From: Squalus acanthias
Lineage: Eukaryota
Direction: 5' to 3'
DNA: 64,000 nucleotides
Assembly: GCA_030390025.1 (NCBI GenBank)
Contig: CM059431.1
Location: 109,308,001-109,372,000 of the forward strand
Shown here one piece after another: positions 37,110 through 49,668 of the stretch. The position numbers were made by a program, and so were the translations under genes. The notes beneath the pieces were generated by a model. The model ran no database searches, had not been told where the DNA came from, and saw only the letters and a program-made list of their open reading frames with translations. Every line of letters begins with the position of its first letter. The first letter of the stretch is position 1.

Positions 37110-38766
37110 GACCTGGATTTTGCGATAAAAGTAACAGTGAGACTATCAGCGCTCACCGGCATTAAAGTGTAAATTGGACAGCAACTTCCAGCGACCGCAC
37201 ACGCGCCGTTAAATGCAGACATCAGGAAGTTGGGGCTGGATTTTACCTTTCGGTGTGGCCTAGGGGCGGGACAACTTCCTTCCGGGTTCTGATCCCGCCC
37301 CCAACGAGGTCTGACGCTATTTTGCGTCAATTGGCCTTGTTAAGCCCGCCCTGTGGGCTTGCCGGCCAATTAGGAGAAAGCTGGTGTCAGATGACGTCAG
37401 TTGATGACGCGTCATCTGCCGGTTTTCTTAAAGGGGCCACGATCAATTTTTTTTTGACAGGTGATTTTTCAGTGTTTGACAGCATTGAGGGGCTGCAATC
37501 ACTGTACAAAGGTGAGCCCTTGCATCCAGGCTCTCCAGTGACTCCCTCCTTAGGCTAGAACAGATGGCAGTTGCAGGTGAGGTTACAGAAGCGATCTGTC
37601 ACTGGTGAGAGGTTCTCACAATGAGCTGGGACTACACAAACACTTCAAAACTTGTTACCTACAGAAAAGTCTAAATACATTAAAATTGATTTTCTCAACA
37701 TTTCCTACTTCTGAAACTCACCAGTGTACAATTGGATCCTTCACACCACTTCTGCAGTGGTCATCAATGAAGAAACATTACAGTAGACCCACAGCACACC
37801 ACACTTACCCTGGCATGGTGTCCGGATGTCAGGAAGCCCGCAGTAGACCTGTCAAAACTACAAAAAACCTCTTAACTGCCTGTTAACAACCTGTTAACAA
37901 GCAGTTAAGTGCCTATAATCCTCTTCCTGCAGCTAGATGTCGGGTCCCTGCGCAAATCGGGGACCTGACACCTGGGAAGATTGATTGGAGGCGGGATGAC
38001 AACGGGTTTCGAACCCGCTGTCAATCTTTGCGATTCTGACGGATGTCCCGCCTCCAAACCCGCCCCCTGAGCAAAATTCCGGCCTTGGTGTCCAAGTTGC
38101 CCTGCTCCTCTAGAAGCTCGGTATCTCGCCGAGAAACTCAACATTGAAACACAATAAACAGCGTGAATTTGCTGTACTTTTTTTAAATTTGTTTATGGGA
38201 TGTACTTATGTGATAGATACCCACTAACCTCGCCAGAAAAAGTTAGGGCTTGTCCATTCCAGGGTAAGTACTCTATTAACAGCGTGATATGTCTTAATTA
38301 CTGCCAAACAACCTATCTGGCACTGAAAATTAACTTTTACAGCTGTGGAGTCTCATTCCTTCAGCTTTTAATTATTGTTGGAAATTTTTTTTTAATTAAA
38401 AAAATGTAAATGTTTTTAACTTATTCTTTCCATCTCTTTTCTCTCTCTTTTAATCCTATCTTTCATTCCCTCCTTTATTTCTCTTTCTCTACAAGATTTG
38501 ACATTGAATTCACTATTCTAATTTGCACTTCCTAGTTCAGACTCTGCGCTGCCCAGTAACAATTCTTCAATCTGATTGATAAAGGAGATGCACCATTGCT
38601 TGCCCTGTTCACACAGGTCCCAGATCCCCTGTCGAGGTCCCCGCGCTGAAATGGCTTTCTAATCACAGCCAGTTCCAGTGCAAAAACCCCACAAAGTCTG
38701 TGGGGAAGTGTAAGTGTAATGAACAGCCGGTGCCATTCATTCCCCGCTAACGGCAAAATCAAGCCC
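37110..38766. mobile_element. Harbinger-type MITE (outer), hosting a second MITE
   Basis: TIRs GACCTGGATTTTGCG / CGGCAAAATCAAGCCC; TSD ATT (37107-37109 / 38767-38769). Confidence 0.8.
37233..38084. mobile_element. Harbinger-type MITE (inner), related to 2181-4230 and the 0.8 kb family
   Basis: TIRs GGGCTGGATTTT / AAAATTCCGGCC; TSD TTG (37230-37232 / 38085-38087). Shares CAGCATTGAGG and ACAGAAGCGATCTGTCA with 2181-4230. Confidence 0.85.
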
Positions 38767-38856
38767 ATTACAAAGTAGAGATTATAGAATGGTACTGGGG
38801 GCAGTGGGGGACTGTGTTCATTATTTTTTTCCTCTTCTTCTCCGCTCCTCTCCTGT

Positions 38857-39130
38857 CATAGGACACAGATTAAAGGCCATTGGCAAAAGAACCAGAGGCG
38901 ACATGAGGAAAATAAAATTGGCGCAGCGAGTTATTGCGATCTGGAATGTGCTGCCTGAAAGAGTAGTGGAAGCAGAGTCAATAATAACTTTCAAAAGAGA
39001 ATTGAAGGGGAAAAATTTGCAGGGCTATGGGGAAAGAGCAGGAGCGTTGGGCTAAGGATAGTTCTCAAAGAGCCGGCACAGGCACGATGGGCTGAAAGGC
39101 TTCCTTCTGTGCTGTATCATTCTATGATTA
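38857..39130 (+). mobile_element. CR1 3' fragment
   Basis: GHRLKAIGKRTRGDMRK..QRVIAIWNVLPERVVEA, then a CR1 tail. Confidence 0.88.
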
Positions 39131-39179
39131 TAAGATGCTGACTCATGCTTTGGTACGGTCCATGCATGCTGGCCTCTAT

Positions 39180-39430
39180 TTTATGCCTGTAAAGTGTGCA
39201 TCGATAGGCTATTCAGTCATTGGTGGGCGGGGGAGGGGGAAGCCACACAGCCATGTTCCACCCTATCCTCACCCAATGTCCACACATGCCCTTTCGGCAG
39301 GGATCACTGGTTTGTGGTCAGTAGCAGGAGCCCTGGTTGACCTTTCCCCTCCCGGCCTGGGGACACTGAAACTAATTTAGAAGCCTCTACCACCACCCAG
39401 CTGATGAGAGCTGACTCAGTGCAGATTGTT
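39180..39430 (-). mobile_element. Old tRNA-headed SINE family fragment
   Basis: CCTATCCTCACCCAATGTCCACACATG..GGGGACACTGA..AGCTGACTCAGTGCAGA is the reverse complement of the family body. Confidence 0.55.
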
Positions 39431-40569
39431 TCAGGGTTGCTCAGTATGAGAGTACATGCCAGTGGGCAAACTCAAAGGCTGTCATCGTAAACTATAGGAG
39501 TGAAAGTTGAATGGCCAATGGTCATCAACAAGACTATTATTAGCATGCATCCAAACCATTCCCTGCTCGAACCCTTGGGCCTTTTAAAAAAAAACCACAC
39601 ATTTTAGTTTGTAATCCTTCCAGTTTTGGGCTGTGGTTAACATTTTCATAGCATTCTAAGTTTGTGAAGTACACTGGAAGCAGAGCAGCACAGTGAGGGA
39701 GACATCAATACTGTTAATTGAGACAGAAACCATTTTAACAAGTTAGGATATAACATATGATCAGCACTAAATCTCAAGTACTTTCCTTCATCTCTGAATG
39801 AACATAGTCAACGGCTCACACCAGCACAAGCATGGATAATTGAAAACTTCAGTTGCTTATATCTAAGACCTAACTTCAGTAAAAAGGTTAAATGTACTTT
39901 TCACTAGGTTAGTTGGGGATGTGGATATGCTAATCTGAACTGGGCTAAGGTAGTCTGATGTGGTGTCTTTGGAAGAGTTAAAATCTGGCCCAGTTTGGAT
40001 CTGCTCAAACTTGGATACACTTCCGACTGATAAATCATCGGTTGAAAAGGTAATGGTGACGGGCACATATAATGCCATTTTCTGAATACAAATGAGCTAT
40101 CACAATTTAACAGGACCCGATTAATTAACCTGACTTGTGTCGATAGAATCATTTAAATTATTATCAGTAATAAGTAATAAAACTGGAACTCCAGCACATT
40201 GCATCATGGAAATGGCAGGACGCAGGCTAATTTTCATAATGTCCATCAACATAAGCTCCGAAACACCGAATACAAGGAGGCTCAAGGCAACTCAAGGCAT
40301 GTCACAGAAAGAAACCATTGCACCGTTACAAGTTTGGGGTCTGCTTTGGACATTCTCTCGGGTGCAGTAGTCCTGGTCACTCATGTAAGCAAGCCGAGCA
40401 CCTTATGTTCAGGAGTGTGCCTCTACTGCCCAATATTTAATCTTATGGAAGCGTAACTCTGGGGTGTAACAATCGGACCTCCTTGTGATCTGAACTAGCT
40501 ATCATTTCTCTTGCACCTGCCCTCACCTGTGCTTCTCCAATCCTTTTGAAAGCAGACTGAGAACATTTG

Positions 40570-41308
40570 GGGGGGAAAATTAGCTCGCCACCCTTTGGGG
40601 CGATAACTTCGCCGGGGCGCTACTTTTAGCGCCCTGAAAAAGTTAGCGCCCCCGCGCCCGAAATTCAATGGTAGCGCCCCAAGCAGGAGGCGGGGCACTA
40701 CTGGAAGTGCTCTCCCTCCCTCTTGGAGTGCTCCCATTGAATATCGCGGCGCTACGGGCAGGCAGCAGCGCCACGCATGCCGGCACGTGGCACCACGGTA
40801 CTACAGGCCTCCCTCCCCTGATTAAAGGGGAGGGGCCTAGCGCAGCGTGCACCAGGGGTCATGCTGGACCACCGGGGAGCGGGGTGCCGGGAAAACAGCC
40901 CGGCACTCGAGAGGAGTGCCAGGCTGACCGATCGCGGCCGACACCCCGTAGGTGGAGGCCAGAGGGGGCAGGTGCTCGCAGGAGGCCCCAAAAAAATGGC
41001 CCGCCCGGCACCTGCCCTTTAATTATCGCCGCCCCAGCCACAAACACAGCACCCTGACCCTGTCGGACATAGCGTCCAGCGGTAGGTCAGGGGACGCGAG
41101 CCAAGTTTGCGGCCGGGGCGCGAGCAGGGCATTGCGCACGACGATGACATCATCGCCGGAGGCGCAGCGCCACAGGGCGCTACTAGCTACCACCGCCGCT
41201 AACCTCCCGCTGAATTTCACGGGAGGCGTTAGCGGCGCTGCGCCCAGGCACTAGTTGCTTTGCGCCCCGTTAGCGCCGGGAGGCACAAAGCAACCGAATT
41301 TTCCCCCC
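40570..41308. mobile_element. Young, CpG-rich Harbinger-type MITE
   Basis: Perfect 12-bp TIRs GGGGGGAAAATT / AATTTTCCCCCC; TSD TTG (40567-40569 / 41309-41311); repeated subterminal TAGCGCC motifs. Confidence 0.88.
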
Positions 41309-42518
41309 TTGGCGATATAAGGCCAGATGCAAATTGTTAAACTCTTTTATTTCGCAAGTAGCAAGTGAATGTAGAATCAAAGAAAATTCCACTTACTTAA
41401 CTTAATCTCACTTCTCTTCTCATGCTAAATAAGAAAGTGCACACTCTGTTCCTTTCCTGGGCTGACTTGGTTTTTGGCACTACCTTTCTCTGTAGTTAAC
41501 TTCTATTTGCAGGACTCGACCTCCTGCATGTTCAGCTTTCAGCACCAGGCTGTGTCCTTGCAGCTCTTTGTTCAAAACCTGATTACTTCCCAAAAACTTA
41601 GGCTTCCCATTCTTTCCTGTCCCATCTGACCCACTGAAGCTGCTGGCAGTGCATCTGGCACCTTGCTGTACATGCATTCACCAGCAGGCCGTGTCAACCA
41701 AAACGACCGCCCCTTCCCCCAGGAATATATTCTCCGCAGACACCTCTTGCCGCACCCGCCAGAATAGAACTGTCCTCCCCACAAATGGCCTCAATATCGG
41801 TGAGCCACCGAGGTGACAAATTGCTTAATATCCCCGGTCTTCCTGGCTAATGGGCCTGGGATGAGATAACAGATCCTGGTCGCATCAGTTCGAAATAGAT
41901 GGTGAGTTATGGCATCCCCCAGTCTGCCTCATCTGGCTTTAATACACATTCTTCAATGCCTGCAGTCTGTGGCATTACTTTTTAAACCTGTGGGAATTCA
42001 CTTTGTTTTAAAACAAAACCCTTAAACATAACTCAAATCCTTTCCCGTGAAGAAAGAAAAAATGATCAAAAAATCCCGAAAAATCACCATTTCCAAAACT
42101 TCCTCTCCCAGAAAGGAAAAATTGCAACATAAAAATTATTCTTTTATACAAAATAGTTAAACAATTGGTGAAAATTACAAATATTCAGTGTCCTCTTCAT
42201 GGCATATTTTATATATAGCAACCTTTGTGATGCAGTGGGTTAGTTCTTGAAATGGTGCATTGTGCGTGGAACAACTAAAGACAGGGGAGAAAAAGGGGGA
42301 AAATACAATATAGAGAAGTGAGTAGTTGAACAGAGAAAAAAGCCATTTTATCCCATGAGCTAGTTCACATGTTGACAGATTTTCTTTGTATCCTGTAGTC
42401 CATTGTCCACCTGTCTTCATAGCACATTTTAAGAAAAATAAATTGTGGCTAGCAAATTTGCTCACTTGTCCCACCTCACAAATGCAGTGAATTCAAAATT
42501 GTAACATACAAATGAGAC

Positions 42519-42822
42519 GTGAAATCCGAGGCCCCGTCTACTCTCTCAGGTGGACGTAAAAGTTCCCGTGGCACTATTTTGAAGAAGAGCAGGGGAGTTC
42601 TCCCCGGTGTCCTGGCCAATATTTAATCAACATCACTAACACAGATTATCTGGTCATTATCACATTGCTGTGTGTGGGAGCTTGCTGTGCGCACATTGGC
42701 TGCCATGTTTCCTACATTACAACAGTGACTCCACTTCAAAAAGTACTTCATTGGCTATAAAGCGCTTTGGGATATCCAGTGGTCATGAAAGGCGCTATAT
42801 AAATGCAGCCTTTCTTTCTTTC
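42519..42822 (+). mobile_element. SacSINE1-like SINE, 5'-truncated
   Basis: CCGAGGCCCCGTC..AAGGCGCTATATAAATGCA. Confidence 0.85.
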
Positions 42823-42846
42823 TCTCTTACATGTTACAAACATAAT

Positions 42847-43577
42847 GGACTGGAAGTGAGGCATCACAAAGCATACGCCGTTACTTCGAATTTTTCCTGC
42901 ATCCTTCAGATTGAAATGTTTTTGCCCTGTAACCTGCTGGAAGTGCGAGCTGATAACGGCGCAACATGGGCAACAGGACATCTGCAACCTTGGTGAACGA
43001 TGGGACCAACGGTCTATCTCCTTATTGAGAAAGAGACAGAGGAATGACGGAGAAGCAGGGCGAATTAGAGTCAAATCAGGTACAGAAAGAAAAATAAAGA
43101 GAGGAAAAGAAAGATTGGATTAAGAGAGAGAAAAGAGACAGAATGGAAAAGTAACAAAAAAAAATTAAGTTTGACATTTGTAAAATCTCCAACAACAATT
43201 CACTACCTGAAGGAATGAGACCCCACAGTTTAAATTGTTCACTTTCTGGGCCAGAGAAGTTGATTTGCAATACATTAACAATCATCATGTTGTTAAAGGG
43301 TATTTACGCTATTAATTACCAGACTTAACTTTCTGTAGCGACTTTAATGGGCAACTAATGCATAAATCCAGCAAGTTCTTAAAAATAACAGGGAGGTTGA
43401 GGGCGAGCTGCCATTTGGGCGAGGCTAATGACAGAGCGGCGTAAGGCAACCAGCAAGTTTTAGAGATTCACAGCTCACAGTATATCTCTTAACCCCCCTG
43501 AACTTGCTGGCCGACTTGCGCATTACTAACGGTGCGTGTCGTTAACACGCCATTTTTATTCCAGCAAGCTCCGATCC
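42847..43577. mobile_element. Harbinger-type MITE, loosely related (inverted) to 37110-38766
   Basis: Degenerate TIRs GGACTGGAAGTG / CAAGCTCCGATCC with AAT on both flanks. Shares CCCCACAGTTTAAATTG-like internal sequence with the reverse complement of ~38300-38400. Confidence 0.6.
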
Positions 43578-43608
43578 AATATATTGTTTTTCAAAAGAAA
43601 CTATAATT

Positions 43609-44610
43609 GGTTGGCACAGTGAGTTTACCAGTGAGTGGCTAAGCCACAAAAACCAGAAAGGTTGAATCCCCAGTCCGTGGGGGTAATATTCAACTTCAGC
43701 AGGGGAGGGGGGGGGGGGAACTGGTGATAGCTGATTGGCTGCCCATTATTCACCCCCAAATGGATTTTCTTTTCCAATAACTTTAGTTTTACACCCCCAC
43801 TGAAGTTGAAAATTACCCCACCCCCCTACCCCGTGTCTCAGCAGGAGCAGCGATAGAAGTTCAATAATTCGTTACAGTATCATTGGGTAGAGAGTGGAAA
43901 AAGGAAACACTTGCATTTACATAGAACCTTATCACGATGTTGAAACGCCTCAAGGCACTTTACACAATGAACTACACTTGGAGTGCAGCGGAGGTTGCTC
44001 CCATGCAGGCCAATGGACCAGAGTTCCCACTTGGTTGCTGTCCAGCGACCCCTACTGGAACTATGCATATATGGACAGTTTTGAAAAAGAGCAGTGGTTG
44101 AATATCCTGCTAACGCTCACTGTAGGGTTGCCAACTCTGGTTGGACATATTCCTGGAGATGTCATCACATGATCTCCTGCCTCCAACCACCCCGTCCCCA
44201 CGCTCCCGCCATTGGTCGCCCAACATGTCCATCCTCACAGCGCCCCGCCTTCCCACGCCAATCGGAAAGCGAAAAGACTCTTCATTATCCAATTGGATGA
44301 TTCTTGACTCTCAGTCAATCAGCCTTTTTTTCCCCCATCTCCAACATTTTTATAACTAATAAACGGAAGTGTTCAAAGAAAATGGGAAAAAAAAACACTC
44401 AATTTGTTTTGCTGGCAGCAGTGTCATGGAGATCAACCTTCAATTCCTGAAGACTCCAGGCTAATCCTGGAGGGTTGGCAACCCCTACTCACCATCAAGG
44501 CCCACACCAAATAATGGCCAATTAGTTGCGATAACAGAGGGTAACTGGTGCCTGAGGAACCTTACTTCAGCAACATTTTATACCTTCAGGGGAGATGAGG
44601 AAATGGAGAG
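43609..44610 (+). mobile_element. Old tRNA-headed SINE copy fragmented by later insertions
   Basis: Family motifs continue on both sides of a small MITE (43679-43818, GGGGTAATATTCAACTTCAG / CTGAAGTTGAAAATTACCCC) and of the hAT MITE. Confidence 0.55.
44123..44487 (+). mobile_element. hAT-like MITE
   Basis: TAGGGTTGCCAAC / GTTGGCAACCCCTA ends. Flanks CTCACTGT / CTCACCAT are consistent with a decayed 8-bp TSD. Homologous to 15801-16195. Confidence 0.82.
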
Positions 44611-44873
44611 AAAGTAGGCAATCTGTTTTTTGCTAAATCGCAAATTCTACTGACACGAAAAGAACAAGTCGCAACATTTCTTGAGCTACCCATAAAAAAA
44701 AATTATTTCATTCAGAAAGGACTCAGAAGTACTATGCTTGGCACTGTTCTAGCTCCCTGGACTATCTGCCTCTAAGTGAGTAAAAAGTTGAAAGTATGAT
44801 TTGTTCTCAGCTGGTAGCAATTTCCCCTCTAAGTCAAACGGTTGAAGCCCCACTCCAAGACTTGAAGACATAA

Positions 44874-45167
44874 TATGGGGTCAGAATAAGGCATTGGCCA
44901 TTTAGGACTGAGATGAGGAGAAATTTCTTCACTCAGAGGGTGGTGAATCTTTGGAATTCTCTACCCCAGAGGGCTGTGGAGGCTCAGTTGTTGAGTATAT
45001 TCAAGACAGGGATCAATAGATTTTTGAATATTAAGGGAATCAAGGGATATGGGGCTAGTGCTGGAAAGTGGAGATGAGGTAGAAGATCAGCCATGATCTT
45101 ATTGAATGGTGGAGCAGGCTCGAGGGGCCGAATGGCCTACTCCAGCTCCTATTTCTTATCTTCTTAG
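44874..45167 (+). mobile_element. CR1 3' fragment inserted in a diverged SacSINE1-like copy (44805-45335)
   Basis: CR1 3' sequence flanked by GACATAA (44867-44873 / 45168-45174); the SINE continues with CTAGGCTGACACT. Confidence 0.85.
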
Positions 45168-48100
45168 GACATAAACTAGGCTGACACTCTTGTGCTGTTT
45201 TGTCAGAGGTGCTGTCCATTGGACAGAATGTTAAACTCAGGTTCCAGCAATTTAAGTGAACATTAAAGATGCCACTGCACCATTTGAAGATGAGCAGGGA
45301 GCTCTCCCAATGCCCTGCAAACATTCCTTCTATTCACAGTTAGAGTAAGGTCGCCCACCCTCTGGGATTGTCCTGGCGTCTCCAGGAATTGCAGATTAAT
45401 CTCCTAGACACTGTCGTGAGCAAAACCAGGAGAAAAATCACAGCACAAGTTGCATACAAAAGCATCATTGTGTCACCTTCATGCAACACCATCGTGCCGA
45501 AAATGATACACAATTCACTTCTTCCCCCCCTAAAATTTGCCAAACGCTGCTTTCGTGAAGACAAGGGCTCCGTTAAAAATTGTGTGTCCTCTAGTTATCG
45601 TGCAAGATACTGTAAATGGGTGAAGGATTGGGGAATGCGACGTGGCATTCAACTGCCCAATGAAGACAGCAGGTCACTGGTCGCAACGGTTGGTTTGAGA
45701 AAAAAAATATTTTGAATAATAAAACTAAACAACATGAAAGCCATGCTGAAGAAGTTAATTACTGCAACTGATAGACTCCTTGCTACTATGAGAGTGTTCC
45801 CGGTAGCCAGTGTGGTGCCAGTACAGCAGTATTACAGAGCAGGTTGATCTGGGAAGTAAGCCTTCCCTAATAACTCCCCAATGAGACAATACTGGTCCTT
45901 TAAGGAAATCTAGGTTAATGTATTTGCAGATTACCAGCAATACCGCAAAGTATTTAGATAACTTTGTCCCAGCTTTCAGTATTGATTTTTGTACATATTA
46001 ACGACAGAAATGGTTCAGTAGGGCAACAGAAGTCAACATTTTCATTGTAAATTAAATGATTCTTTTGCCACACAGGCTCCTTTTTGAAAATCACATGTGC
46101 AGTTTATTCCCGTTAACTGAATGAGTCCCATTTTAGCAAGGACTTTCTGTTACAAAAAAACCCCTCTTTGCCTGTGTCAACATGTGCGCGCAGGTCAGCT
46201 TAAGTGCGTGTGACTGAGACCAGCGTTATCAGAAATGTTTCAACTGGTGCCGTCGAAAAATCCCCATTTTTTTTTATATGACAAGAATATAAAAGGAACT
46301 CTTTTGCTCAAGCTCTTTCCAAAGATGTATTATTAAAAAAAAACATGTGAACAACTGAGCATCCAATAATTCGGTGCAGTGGAGGTTGTCTGAATCTGGA
46401 TCTCACCCTGGTGAACACTTGATCTGCTTAGTGCTGATACCGGAGACCAAAGAATGCAAAAAACGTTCCATTTTTCATCACTGACAGCCCTCCCCTTCAT
46501 CAGCAGTGATAAATAACCAGACGAATTTCTTTCCTGGAACTTAATAAATGTGTGACTGTACCAAATATGTAGAAATGCGCCCAACCTTGACGGAGTAAAT
46601 GGGCTGTAAATCTGAGTAAAGGTGAAATCTAAGCAACAGTTGCTTACTTACCAAGAATTTACGGCTAACTGCAAACACATTAATTGAACGAGAACAATTA
46701 GAATGAGCCTGGATTTCTGACGGACACACACAGGTGCGAGTAAAACTCTGCGCATGGCACAGGTGCAAAATGTGGCTTAGCGCCCAGCCCAAGGCCAAGT
46801 TGATCTTTGCTCCCCCTTGCAGTGTCAGTGCTGGCTGGGAGGATGCCTTGAGCGGTGACCATTTTCTGCGCTCAAATTTAGATTGCCGAGGTGACAGAAC
46901 AGAAAAGCTCAGGCCACCACTCTCCCAGTGTTTCATCCCTGCCGATATTTCTAATAGCAAAACTGACAAGAGATTGGAGAGGGTCAGGGAGACGTCTAGC
47001 GGACAGTCAGAATTTTAATCCGGTAAAAGGTTAGGAGAATAAAATCAAAGGCAAGAATTTGCTTCCCTGTCGGGCAGAGTTTTCAGGAATATTTTTTATA
47101 TTAACGATGTCACAGAGCAAACGCAGAGATCAGGCCTCGTCCTTGCTCTCAGAAACAAATACTGGGAGCACCTCATCAAAGGGGGTGTCATTGGCTAAGA
47201 TGGCACTTTCATCATCTATTAATACTGTCGTTTTTCATTCGGTCCAGAACTTGGTGAAAACAAATGCACCAACTTTTTCCTAATGTCAGCGGTTAACACG
47301 GATCATATTGGAAACTGCTTTCCTGCTGTGGTTGTAGGGTCCTACGATGCTGGTGAACGAATGTAACATGTGCATGGATTAAGGTGGGGGGTGGAAATTG
47401 ACTTTATTGTATCATTGCTTTTAACACATGTAAAAGCAGTCTCTCACTTTTAATTTTTCACCAAGTTCACAGGGTGTTTTACCCTGTCCTCCTCCTGCGA
47501 TAGCGCCGGTGCGCAGTACATGTCGTTCGACTGAACCGGTTACCTGGCACCAGAGAAGCTGCTCAGCGCTCAAAGGAGTCAAATGTCATTATCGTTTCAG
47601 CCTGTTTAACAACTGACGTCCTCGCAGAACAGAAACGGCTCTCAATAAATTCTCGCTGTGTTTCTGTGCTGATTTGATTTAGACGCCTGTAGGGACACAC
47701 CATTTGGCGGTGCACGTATAGAAACAGTAGGTACTGCTGGGAGGAGGCGGGGGGTGTAGGTAGGAGGGGGGGGGGAAGAGAGTCATGTGCCAGAAGTGTT
47801 ATTGTGTCAGTTTGATTTATTAAGTGAGCTTCATTTCACCGAATGTTCAGAGATATTTATTTCCCCAAAGGCTTCACAAAGATATGAACAGACCTGCATC
47901 CACAGATGTCATCATTGCTCATTTTACAGAGTCAGGAAATTTTCCCCGACTGCAATTTGTCCATCTAAAATTGCTGCAACAGAATAATGTCACTACCGCT
48001 TCCCACTACACCCTCTCGCTGTGAAAATTACTGCTCCCGACCACACCCCCTGCATCTTAACGCAGAGACGTTTTATTTTTAAATTGCTTCTTCTCTCGGA

Positions 48101-49289
48101 AATAACAAACTAATTTCTGGAAAAAAAATCCCTGCCAGATGCACATTGTATTTTTTTTTTAAATACACTATTTGTCTTATTTTGTGACCACTGCGACATC
48201 ATGGCTGCCCAGTGCCCCGGTCATGTGACCCTGAATATCTGCTAGGTCAGAAACTTTGGTCCAATCTTTAATGAATGCAGACAAAGAGGCTCATGTTTAT
48301 AGAAGGGGCAGAATCGCTAATGAAACTCTGCTGCTCCAGGCCTTTGGAGCTTGAAGCAAAGATCGGCTGCTATTGCTAGGCTTGTCTTTCAGGTTTCGCT
48401 TCTGCTGATTGTTTATACACTGTTAATTGATCTTTTTACTCCCAAAAAGCCTTCAAGGAAACAAACGCACTAGACTAATGAAAGACTTGCTGTTAATTCC
48501 TCTGTTCTGTGAAGACACTGTATTGCAGGCTGGCCTGTCAAACATATCAGACATGAAGCCAAACAGACCCTGTAAGATGGCAGTGCTTTCCGACACATTG
48601 CTACCCAAATTTAAACGAGCTCTGTACCACACGCAAGACATCGGGAACAGAGATTTGGAAAAAAAACAATAAACCAGTTGTTTGAATCTCCTCAGCAACA
48701 TCTGTCCTGTTTTACGTTCTGTCATCTCCAGGAAAAAAGTCAAGCACAAATGCTTCAAACAATGTACCTTTCGCCCTTTTCACTATCTTAAGCAACATAT
48801 CCAAATCTGCCATCCCTGAGTTTACACTGGGCGGTATGTCAGATCTCAGTGAGCTTTAGTCAGCCTCACAGTTTTTGACCTGCTCCCCCCCAACCACTGC
48901 TATGTACCCATTTCCAGAGCATTATTTTTTAATTTAATATAAATAATGCACCATTTCTGTCCGACAACTTAACGTTTCCTATGCAGCAATTTATTTTTTT
49001 CCGCTGCCTTTTTCTGTCTTTGCCTTTTCTTCCTGATTTCTGGTTAATGGGTCAGTTGGAAAGCGCAGAGGTGTTGCCGGAATTTAGCGAAATATTTGCA
49101 GCCTGTTTAATAATCCCAATGTTCTATACATTGGGCTGAATGCATTTTTTTTTTGTTGCATATTGTGGTTCAATCTAAAAAAAACATTTAATTCATTAAA
49201 ACATTTCATTATAAATGAAGCGATTTATTTGTAATAACACAAACAAGCGAGATTGGTGCCAAATATAATGGAGTGATATCTTTCCTTGT

Positions 49290-49668
49290 GCAGCCGTGGC
49301 TCAGTGGGCAGCACTCTTGCCTCTGAATCAGACTGAGGGAGTGCTGCACTGTCAGAGGTGCTGTCTTTCGGATGAGACATTAAACATGCTCTCTCAGCTG
49401 GGCCTAAAAGATCCCATGGCACTATTTGAAGAAGAGCAGGGGAGTTATCCCTGGTGTCCTGGCCAGTATTTACCTCTCAAACAACATCACTAAAAACAGA
49501 CTATCTGGTCGTGATCACATTTGCTGTTTGTGGGAGCTTGCTGTGTGCAAATTGGCTGCCGCGTTTACTACTTTACAACAGTAATGACGCTTCAAAAGTA
49601 CTTCACCGGCTGTAAAGCGCTTTGGGACGTCCTGAAAAGGTGCTATATAAATGCAAGTCTTTCTTTTT
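49290..49668 (+). mobile_element. SacSINE1-like SINE with an internal deletion
   Basis: CAGCCGTGGCTCAGTGGG head through the TATATAAATGCAAGTCTTTC tail. Confidence 0.85.

Noticed and set aside
39863..40081. Minus-strand ORF MALYVPVTITFSTDD.. after an acceptor-like site
   Set aside because: No convincing donor or homology.
40570..41308. CpG island promoter and its overlapping ORFs
   Set aside because: The boundaries coincide with perfect TIRs and a TSD, so it is a young GC-rich MITE.
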